From Anaeramoeba ignava BMAN (taxonomy: Eukaryota; Protista; Anaeramoebae): a DNA stretch of 64,000 bases. The stretch lies in assembly GCA_028826165.1 (NCBI GenBank), contig JAPDFW010000093.1:1-64000 (forward strand), given 5' to 3'. The translations under genes were made by a program, and so were the position numbers. Positions 10,712 through 21,696 of this stretch are shown here, one piece after another (the stretch's first letter is position 1; each line of letters opens with the position of its first letter). The notes below the pieces were generated by a model. It made no database searches. It worked only from the letters and a program-made list of their open reading frames with translations, and was not told the origin of the DNA.

Positions 10712-13700
10712 ATGGATAAAAAACAATTTGGAAATCAAATGAAAAAATGGATATCTTCTATAATTGATAAAGATGTAGATTTCTCAATTAAAAATAGATA
10801 TCAACTTATTGAAGATCTTTGTTATTTAATGAGTAAATTAGAACCACATTTAATAAACCAAAACCAAAATAAAAAGTAACATTTACAAACAAATAAACAA
10901 AAAAATGAATTTAAAATGTCATTTTTCTTGTTTTGTTTTTTTGCGAACACAAATGTCGAAATGTTTTTTATTTTTATTTTTATTTTTATTTTTAAATTAA
11001 AGATTAACACCAAAAGAAAAATGGAATTATTTTATTAATTCTTGCTTAAAATATGGAGTTTCACAAGAATATCTCATTTCCTTTCATAATTTCCTTAAAG
11101 AAGGATTTGAATCACGTGTTCTTCTTTTAATTTATCAAATTGGATCAATTTCTAAACAAAGACAACATTCAATAGAAAGAAAAAAGAATAAAAAACAAAA
11201 TTTGAATGAAACAAAAATTGCACTTAAAAATTCAAATAGTTTTGAAAATGCAAATTTTAAAAACTTCCAAAATAAAAAAATTCTTTCTAACATTTCATTA
11301 ACTCATGTGAAAAAAAACCTCAATTCAAATGAATGGACAACAAATAGTTTACAAAAACAAATTTTTACAAAAAAAGCAAAAGAACAAAAAACCAACAAAA
11401 AGAACGATTCCAAAATTTTGCAAAATAAAAAACAACTTGAAAATGAATTGGAAATTGGCAAAAGAAGTTGTTGATATTTTTAAGGATGGATTTGGGAAGT
11501 TTGAAGCAAATTTTATGATGAAAAACGAAGAGAAAAACATATATTATCCGCATCAACAAAAACCTATGTGGATCAAATTATCAAGAGAAAATTTTTCCAT
11601 TTTGGAGTATTGTAATGAAACAGAAGTTGAGGTTTATCAATATTTAAATAAAAATCAATCACTTTTATGCGAAAGCACAGAAAATCCAAATGTGGTTAGG
11701 ATTGATTTCAAAGATGGATGGGTTATGGAGCTTCATTTTCTTTCAGAAAAAAGCAAATCTGTTTTTGCTAAAGCTTTTTCTATGTTTCAACGCTATTTAC
11801 CCTCTTACACAATTGGATCCCCAATTTATGCTGATATTCTCAATAGAAAACAAGAGATTCAAGCTTTGGCTTCTTCTTTTGTCAGGAATCAAAATGTTAA
11901 ATTTCAAGTCAAAATTCAACAGCAATTTTCAGAGCTTTTCTACAGCTCCATTTTGGAAATTGATCTTTTCAAAATTAGATTGATTTCTCAAGCAATAAAT
12001 CATGATCTTTATTTTGTTGGAAATGTTACTCAAATTTCCAAACTTCAAAAACAGAAAAAAGTGCTTGTGATCGATGTTCAAAATCACGACTTGATTACAA
12101 ATCCTGTGCATATTTTTTGTGAATCAACAACAACAAGGTCTTTGATTTATGAAACATTAATCAAGTTTTGGCGAAAATCTCGCAACAATTTTCTCAATTC
12201 AATGGAACTTTCCAAATACGAGCATTTTCAATCAGTTAGAAAACAGAATAATCCACATCAAGATCCCATTCTTATTGCTTCTTTCAATTCAAAAGGTGAA
12301 ATTGATTTGATTCAACCACAGCTTTTAATTCCAGAATACACAGAAATTAATCCTTCAAAATATGATCAAATGTATTTCTGTGATTCTCAAAACAAGAAAA
12401 CGAGCAACGATCTTTTAAGTCAAATTGAGAAAAAAAAAACCATTGGGCCAATCAACATAAGTATTTTCAAATCAGAAAAACAGCAATTCGTCCCAGCTTC
12501 ATTTACTTTCAATCTCCAAAATTCAACAATTTTGGTTTTTGATCGCTCAAATTTTTCTTTCGAATTTAAATACCACAAAAAACATCAACTTATTATTATT
12601 CAACCCACAAATAAAAACATTTTTTTATTTCGAGTTGATTCTGAACATGCGCTTATTATCCAAACACAAAACCAAAAGGATCTTGATTGTATTTTACTTA
12701 CTTATTTCCATCTCAGAAAAATTTCTAAATTTCAAGAACAAGAAAATCAAAATCCCAATTTCGGAATACCAACAACAAAAGCAATGACAAAGAGAAAGAA
12801 TCCTAAAATATCAAGTGAATTTGTTTTCAATTTTCCGCAGAAATCAATCACACTTGACAATGAATACGAAGATAATACAAATCAAGAAGATCAAGAAATA
12901 GAATATCAAGCAACCATTTCAGATGTAATTTCCACTATTCACGAACGTGTTGATATTGTTTTAAGATCTGATCATTTCTCAATTCTTTCTGCAACTTTTT
13001 CCATATCGAGATATTATTCTGTTCATTCAGTGCTAATTCCTTTAAAAAAAGCTTTAACACAAAATTCAAAAAGAGATGAAAATGTTCAATTTCATTTCGA
13101 TGAGTTTGATTACATTTTGATAGAATTCCCAAATTCAAGAGTGTTGCAGAATTTTATGAATGATTTCAAGCATCACAAGAAAAAGTATCTTTTTGAAACA
13201 CAGAAAATATTCATACCAAGAAAGTTTCATTTTGATTGTGTTATTTTTTTGCCACAAGCAGAAAAACCCAAATTTAACGCTAAAATTACGTTAGGTTTCC
13301 AATATATTTATATCGAAATTAAGAACGATTCGGATCAAGAATGCGATTTGAAGGATAGAATAAAATTCCAATATTTGAATGCAAACTAAAATTGAGAAAT
13401 CAAAGGGAAAATCCAAACAGAAAATGTATAATCTTTATTTAACAGAGGATAGATATATCAAAATTCTTGATATTTCTAACCAGAACAATTCCTTTGAATT
13501 CAATTCAATTTTACATGATTTTCGCGAATATTTCCTTGAAGGAAAATATAAAACAAACCCAAAATACCATCAAGCAAAAATTATTCTGAATCAAAAATAT
13601 CTTGGGAATTGCCGAATCAAATTGACAAACAGTCATCAGTTATATTTATTAACAAAAAATTTAGAAATGCATCGAATTTTTTTGAATATCGAATGCAAAA

Positions 13701-15217
13701 CAATGACTAATATTAATAATCCCAAAGAATTACGAATTGAAACACAAAAAAACACACTTTCATTGATTTTCTCCAAAGTGAATGAATGTAAAATTTTTGA
13801 GGAGAAAATTGTGATGAATAAAAGACCACAATCACCAAGAAAAATCACAACAGATTCTCATTTCCAGGGAATTTTATATATTATTGACAACGAAAGCTTT
13901 TGTGAAGGCTCAATCAAAATTCAAAATGGAATTTCATCACAAATTTGCATTTCACAGGATGATGGACAAGAAATTTACAAAGAAAAAATTTCTGATATCA
14001 ATATTTTTTCAAGTACTGCAAATAAACGTTTAGTGCGAATACAAAATGCTTTTGGAAAAGAAGTTATTTTCTCATTTTTAACAGAAATTGCACGTTCTCA
14101 ATTTTTGGATCAAATACAAAAACTCAAAGAAAAATCAACTGAAAAAGAAATTAAACAAGAAAAAGAACTTGAAATTGAAATTGAAATTGAAAGTGAAAAA
14201 GAAAAAGAAAAAGAAATTAAACAAGAAAAAGAAATGCATGAAATCCAAAGAAAAATATCTACTTTAAATGAACTTGAAAGGTTATTAAACACGCATTTGC
14301 AAGATTTTTCAGAAAATTTAACAAATTATGAAGTCAAATTTTTAAGTACGGATTCAATTTCAGCAGCTGTTTTAATTCTTGAAGAGGATCATCTTCTAAT
14401 CAACAAAAATGAACAAATAATCAATGCAGATTATAAAACAACCAAGATTTATTATCATCCACGAAACAATGAAGTTCTGCGAATTTTAATTGAAAAACCA
14501 TCAAAAATTTCATTTGTTGTGAAATTTTTCACTCATGATTTAAGAAGTATTTTTGTTGATAAATTTAAAAGATATAAAGAATTCATTATGGATTCTGATG
14601 ATTTAATTGTTTCATCAACACAAAAATTCTTTGTTAAAATTATTGACACTCAAAAAAGATTTCGAGGAAATGGAACATTTACTTTTGAAAATATTGATAA
14701 TTCAAGCCGTTTATTTCTTGATACAAGAATTGGTATTTTGGAATTAAAAAATCAAGCTCAACTTTCTTTATCAAATGATCAAGGAAAATTTATCAAAATT
14801 AAATCGGATCAAAATGATTCAAATAGATTAGTGTTTTTATTTAATGATCAAAAGAAACAAAATGATTTCGCAATTTTATTTGCAAATCATTTGAAAAATT
14901 ATTTAAAATCAAGTGATTTTCTAACTTTGAAAAATCAATTAGAATTTTCAGTTAAATGGATTAAATTGGAAAATTTTCAAAATGCTTTTGGATTAATTTC
15001 TATTCAATTTGAAACTATGACTCTTATTGCAACTTGTGAAAAATCCATTTTTAATTTCAAATTATCAAATATTTCCAAATTAATTCAAAGTAATAAAAGA
15101 AAAACAGTTTCTTATATTATAATAGATTCAAAACATTCTTTAAAAATTCAATTTGAAAATCAAAATCAAAGAGAGAAATTTCAACAAATATTTGAACATT
15201 GTTTAACTTTAATTTAA
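10712..15217 (+). CDS. Calponin-homology domain protein followed by about 10 tandem PH-like modules; intron 10876-11002; apparent +1 frameshifts near 11455 and 13384
   Basis: Spliced N-terminus MDKKQFGNQMKKWISSII...LCYLMSKLEP...WNYFINSCLKYGV...RVLLLIYQI is CH-like. It joins ORF 11202, then ORFs 11329-13389 and 13379-15217, which overlap in successive +1 frames and share one repeated module. Confidence 0.7.
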
Positions 15218-15378
15218 CTTTAAATTTTAATTTAAAAAAATAAAAATAAAAATAAAAAATTGTTAAAATGACTCATTTTGATTCTTTTAATAAAATTTTT
15301 TTCATTTTTTTTTTTTCATTTTTTTCTTTTTATTCTTTTTTATTCTTTTTTATTCTATTTTTTTTTTAAACATTAAAA

Positions 15379-18300
15379 ATGGGAGAAGCAGAAGTTGATT
15401 TAAAAATTATTTTACTTGGAGCAAGTGGAGTTGGAAAAACAACTTTTGTTAATAAAGTTATCTATAATAAATTTGAAGAAAAACCAGAAACAACACTTGG
15501 TGCTTCTTATTTAGGTTAATTTTATATTTTTTTCACTTATTGAATTATTTTTTATAATTAATTTTTTAATTATTAAAAAAAATTTTTTTTTATTTAAAGA
15601 AAAGAAATATTTAAGTTCTCTTGGTTCAGAATATAATTTTGGTATTTGGGATACTGCTGGTCAAGGTATTATTTTACTTTTCTTTTTTTTAAATCTTTTT
15701 TTCTTTTTTTATTTATAAGGAAAATTTTTATATTTTTTTATTCTAAAGAACGTTTTGATTCTATATCTCAATTTTATTGTCGTAATGCTGGTTGTGCACT
15801 TATAGTTTATGGTGAATACATAAAATAATTTATAAAATATTTAATAAAACAATTAATAAAATAATAAATAAAATAATAAATAAAATAATTAATAAAATAA
15901 TTAATAAAATAATTAATAAAATGATTTATAAAATATTTAATAAAATAATTTATAAAATGATTAATAAAATAATTTATAAAATAATTTATAAAATAATTAA
16001 TAAATTAATTAATAAAATAATTAATAAATTAATTAATAATAAAATATTTAATAAAAAAAAATAATTAAAAAAAAAATAATAAATAAAAAAAATAAATAAA
16101 ATAAAAATAAAATAAAAATTAATAAAAATAAATAAAATAATAAAAATGATTTATAAAAATATTTAATCATAAAATAATTTATAAAATGATTAATAAAATA
16201 ATTTATAAAATAATTTATAAAATAATTAATAAAAATAATTAATAAAATAATTAATAAAATAATTAATAAAAATAATTAATAAAATAATTAATAAAATAAA
16301 AATAAAAAAATTTAATTAATAAAAAATAAAATAATTAATAAAATAATTAATAAAAATAATTAATAAAATAATTAATAAAATAATTACATAAAATAATTAA
16401 TAAAAAAATAATTAATAAAATAATTAATAAAATAATTAATAAAAAATAATTAATTTATAAAATAATTAATAAAAAATAAAATAATTTATAAAAATAATAA
16501 AATTTAATAAAATAAAAATAATAAATAATTAATAAAAAAATTAATAAAATAATTAATAAAATAATTTATAAAATAATTTATAAAATAAAATAAAATTTAT
16601 AAAATAATTAATAAAAAATAAAATAATTAATAAAATAATTTATAATAAAATAATTAATAAAAAATAAATAAAATAATTTAATTAATAAAATAATTTATGT
16701 AAAATAATTAATAAAATAATTAATAAAAAATATAAAATAAATTATAAAATTAATTTATAAAATAATTAATAAAATAATTAATAAAATAATTAATAAAAAA
16801 TAAATTTTATAAAATAATTAATAAAAAATAATTTATAAAAATAATTTATAAAATAATTTATAAAATAATTAATAAAATAATTTATAAAAATAATTTTATA
16901 ATTAAAATAATTTATAAAATAATTTAATAAAAATAATTTATAAAATAATTTATAAAATAATTAATAAAATAATTTATAAAATAATTTAAAATAAAAATAA
17001 TTAATAAAATAATTAATAAAATAATTAAAATAAAATAAAATAAATAAAATAATTAATAAAAATAATAATTATAAAATAATTAATAAAATAATTAATAAAA
17101 AAATAATAATTATAAAATAATTTATAAAAAAAATAAAATAATTAATAAAATAATTTAATAAAATAATTTAAAATAAAAATAATTAATAATTAATTAATAA
17201 AAAAAAATTAATGTAATTTTAATAAAAAATAAAATAATAAAATAAAATAATAAAATAAAAAAATAATTAATAAAAAAAATAATAAAATAATTAAAAATAA
17301 TTAATAAAATAAATAAAATAATAATAAAATAATAAAATAATAAAATAATTAATAATTAATAATAAAATTTAATAAAATAATTAATAAAAAATAATTAATA
17401 AAAATAATTAAAAATAAAATAATTAATAAAATAATTAATAAAATAATTAAAAAATAATTAATAAAATAATTAATAAAATAATAAAAAATAATATAAAATA
17501 ATTAATAAAAAAATAATAATAAAATAAATAATAAAATAATTAAAAAAATAAAATAATAAAATAATTAATAAAATAAATAATAAAATAATAAATAAAATAA
17601 TTAATAAAATAATTAATAAAAATAATTAATAAAATAATTAATAAAAAAATAATTAATAAAATAATTAATAAAATAATTAATAAAATAATAAAATAAAAAT
17701 AATAAATAATAAAATAATTAATAAAATAATTAATAAAAAATAATAATAAAATAATAAAAAAATAAAATAAAATAATTAATAAAAAATAATTAATAAAATA
17801 AAATAAAATAAATTAATAAAAAATTAATAAAATAAATAAAATAATTAATAAAATTAATAAAATAATTAATAAAATAATTAATAAAATAATTAATAAAATA
17901 ATTAATAAAATAATTAATAAAATAATTAATAAAATAATTAATAAAATAATTAATAAAATAATTAATAAAATAATTAATAAAATAATTAATAAAATAATTA
18001 ATAAAATAATTAATAAAATAATTAATAAAATAAAAATAATTTTTAATAAAATATTTAATAAAATAATTTATAAAATAATTAATAAAATAATTAATAATTT
18101 AAAAATTAATAAAATAATTAATAAAATAAAGATATAACAAAGAAAGAAACATTTGCAAAATTGGATCGATTTGTAGACAAATTACAACATGCGAAACCAG
18201 ATGTATTTACAATAATAATAGGAACTAAATTAGACATGGTAGAAGAAACAAAAACGATGAGGGAAGTTAAACCTGAAGAAGGACAAGCAAGAGCAAAAAC

Positions 18301-18502
18301 ATTAAATGCAGAATTTTTTGAAATTTCTTCAAAAACTGGATATAATATTGATAAAGTTTGGGAAGCAATTGGAAAAGGTTATGAAAAATCTTTAATTAGA
18401 AAAGGTCGTCAACCTGCTAATTCTAATTCTAATACTAATTCTAATACTACTGTTAAAGTTAAAGATATTTCTACGAAAAAGGGAAAATCTGGTTGTTGTT
18501 AA
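15379..18502 (+). CDS. Rab GTPase, Rab5 supergroup (Rab20/Rab24-like); exons 15379-15514, 15600-15665, 15749-15811, 18132-18502
   Basis: G1 GASGVGKT, switch I TLGASY, WDTAGQERF, FYCRNA, G4 GTKLD, G5 EISSK, C-terminal GCC prenylation motif. Intron phases are consistent. Confidence 0.92.
15812..18131 (+). repeat. 2.3 kb intron of near-pure A/T minisatellite (AATAAAATAATT)n
   Basis: GT...AG bounded; clean 12-mer arrays at the ends and degenerate in the middle. Confidence 0.93.
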
Positions 18503-18609
18503 CAATTCCTTTTTAAATTTCAGTTTCCTATTTTCATTTTTTTTAAACAGATTCGTTTTTTAAAAAAAAAAACAAAAAAATAAATTATTCAAAAAAAAAA
18601 TAATTGAAT

Positions 18610-19575
18610 AAATTTATTCCACTTTTTATTCCACTTTTTATTCCACTTTTTATTCCAATTTTTATTATAATTTTTATTCCAATTTTTATTATAATATTTA
18701 TTATAATTTTTATTTTAATTTTTATTCCACTTTTTATTATAATTTTTATTATAATTTTTATTTTAATTTTTATTTTAATATTTATTATAATTTTTATTCC
18801 AATTTTTATTTTAATTTTTATTCCAATTTTTATTCCAATTTTTATTATAATTTTTTTATTATAATTTTTATTATAATTTTTATTCCATTTTTTATTCCAA
18901 TTTTTATTCCACTTTTTTTTTTAATTTTTTTTAATTTTTTATAATTTTTATTATAATTTTTATTATAATTTTTATTTTAATTTTTATTATAATTTTTATT
19001 TTTTTTAATTTTTTATTATTTTTTTTATTTTTTTAATTTTTTTATTTTTTATTTTTATTATAATTATTTTTATTATAATTTTTATTATAATTTTTATTTT
19101 AATTTTTTTTATAATTTTTTTTATTTTTTTTATTTTTTTTATTATAATTTTTATTTTTATTAATTTTTATTATAATTTTTATTATAATTTTTATTTTACT
19201 TTTATTTTTAATCAATTTTTATTATAATTTTTATTTTTTTATTTTTATTATAACTTTTTTTTATTATAATTTTTTTTAATTTTAATTTTTTTTTATATTT
19301 TTATAATTTTTTAATTTTTATTTTTATTTTTTTTTTTTTTTTTTTTTTATTATTTTTATTATAATTTTTATTATAATTTTTATTTCCGAATTTTTATTAT
19401 AATTTTTATTTTAATTTTTATTTTAATTTTTATTTTAATTTTTATTTTAATTTTTATTATAATTTTTATTATAATTTTTATTCCACTTTTTATTATAATT
19501 TTTATTCCAATTTTTATTATAATTTTTATTATAATTTTTATTCCACTTTTTATTCCACTTTTTATTCCAATTTTT
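18610..19575. repeat. 12-mer minisatellite (TTTTATTATAAT / TTTTATTCCAAT)n between the convergent Rab and cpn10 genes
   Basis: Directly visible. Confidence 0.9.
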
Positions 19576-19624
19576 GTTTAGATTAAAGATTTAAATTTAT
19601 TATTTTAAAAAAGAAAAAGAAAAT

Positions 19625-20602
19625 TTAAAAATCAGAAAGAATTTCAGCAACAAGATCAGTTTCATGTAAAAGAAAATAATTATCACCAACACTTTTAAGT
19701 TGAATTCCACCAAATTTAGGTAAAATAACTTTTGCACCAACTTTTGTTGTTATTGGGATTGTATTTCCTGATATATCTTCTCTTCCTGTTCCAATTGCTA
19801 TTACTTTTCCTAATTGACTTTTTGTTTTAGCTGATTCTGGTATATAAATTCCTTCTTTTGTTTTTTCTTGTTTTCCTTCTCTTTCAACCAAAATCCAACC
19901 AAATAAAGGATGAATTGATTTTGGATCAATCTTTTATAATTAATTTTAATTTTGATTTTAATTTTAATTTTAATTTTAATTTTAATTTTAATTTTAATTT
20001 TAATTTTAATTTTAATTTTAATTTTAATTTTAATTTTAATTTTAATTTATTTTAATTTTAATTTTAATTTTAATTTTAATTTTAATATTAATTTTGATTT
20101 TAATTTTAATTTTATATTTTAATTTTGATTTTTGATTTTATATTTTTAATAATTAATTTTAATTTTGATTTTAATTTTAATTTTAATTTTAATTTTAATT
20201 TTAATTTTAATTTTATATTTTAATTTTAATTTTAATTTTGATTTTAATTTTAATTTTAATTTTGATATTAATTTTATAAATGAATTTTAATATTAATATT
20301 AATTTTGATTTTAATTTTAATTTTAAATTTAATTTTAATATTAATATTAATTTTGATTTTAATTTTAATTTTAATTTTAATTTTAATTTTGATTTTAATT
20401 TGAATTTGAATATTAATATTAATTTTGATTTTAATTTTAAAATTTACTTTTCCTGTTGAAGAAAATGTTGAAAAAATTAAATTTGGAATAAATTGATTTA
20501 ATTGTTTTTTAAAATTTTGTAACTAAAAAATTATTAATTTTAAAAATTGATTTAATTTTAAAAAATAAATTATAAAGAAGAATAATTAAATAAAAATACC
20601 AT
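19625..20602 (-). CDS. cpn10: Chaperonin 10 (Hsp10/Cpn10) of a mitochondrion-related organelle; coding exons 20602-20600 (ATG only), 20522-20448, 19930-19625
   Basis: IHPLFGWILVERE...KTKEGIYIPESA...GKVIAIGTG...KVGAKVILPKFGG...LLHETDLVA matches the GroES/Cpn10 pattern. N-terminal extension MLQNFKKQLNQFIPNLIFSTFSSTGK. Confidence 0.92.
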
Positions 20603-20609
20603 TTAAAAA

Positions 20610-20650
20610 TAAAAAAAATGAAAAAAATGAAAAAATGAAAAAATGAAAAA
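20610..20650 (-). promoter_or_regulatory. Tandem TTTTTCA(T) initiator-like elements upstream of cpn10
   Basis: Four TCATTTT units directly 5' of the ATG; the same motif precedes most genes in the window. Confidence 0.55.
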
Positions 20651-21096
20651 AAATTTTTTTTTATTTTTATTTTTTTTTTAATTAAAAATTTTTCCTTAAA
20701 TAAATTAAAATGAATAAGAAAAGAAATTAAAAAAACTATTTAAAAAAGTTTAATCAATTCGTTTTTTTTTCTTATATTTTTTTTTTCAAGGAATTTTTCT
20801 TTGGTTTTTTTAGTGTATATTGAGAATTAAATAAAATATTTTTTCACCAATAACATGGAGTATAAAACCATTAATATTTTTAATTTTTCAATTTTAAACT
20901 AAATCATTTTTAATTAAATAAAAAATTTTCTAATTTAAAAAATTGAAAAATGAAAAATGAAAAAATGAAAAAAATTAAAAAAATTTTTTATTAAAAAAAA
21001 AAAGAAAATTTTTTTAAATTTTGTTTTGTTTAAATTTTTCAAAAACAAAAAGGAAATTTAAAAAGAAAGAAATAAAAGAATGTAAAATAGAGAAGA

Positions 21097-21472
21097 TTAT
21101 TTCTTATTTTTTTGTAATTCAGCCTAATTTTTAAATTGAAAATAATTTTAATTTTTTTAATAAATAAATTTTTGATTTTTTTATTAAAAATAAATTTTAC
21201 ACGAAGTTGTTCAGCAAAATCATCTTCAATATCATCTTCATCCCAATCATCTCTCCATTGTAACATATCTTCATGATTTTTTTCTTCCTCTTTCCAATCT
21301 TTTATTATTAAAAATTTTGAAAAGAGATTAATAATTTAAAAATTAAAAAGAAAAGTTGTTTTTCAATTAAATTGAAAAAATAAGAATAAATTTAATAAAA
21401 ACCTTCTTCAAATTCTTCAAAAATATCATCTTCTTCAATAATTTCTAAAACAGTTTTTTGTTGATTTTCCAT
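21097..21472 (-). CDS. SEM1: DSS1/SEM1 26S proteasome lid subunit, copy 1 (3 exons)
   Basis: MENQQKTVLEIIEEDDIFEEFEE|DWKEEE...QWRDDWDEDDIEDDFAEQLR|AELQKNKK carries the EEDDxFEEF and WxDxWDxDDxEDDFxxQLRAEL signatures. Confidence 0.95.
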
Positions 21473-21696
21473 TTTATATTAATATTTTTTATTAAAAAAC
21501 AAAAGAAAAAAAAATGAAAAAAATGAAATTTAAAAAAAGTTTATTTTAAAAAAATTTTGGAATTCATTTAAGAAAAAAGGAAAAAGAAATAAAAGAAATA
21601 AAAGAATTCAACAAAATGATAAAAAAAAAAAAAAAATGAATGAAACAATCTGACAAAAAAAGAGTAAAAAAAAAAGAGAGAAATGATTTTAAATTT

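Noticed and set aside
10880-10960. Possible fold-back in the CH-gene intron (A-rich then T-rich halves)
   Set aside because: Pairing is almost all A/U runs and could arise by chance at this composition.
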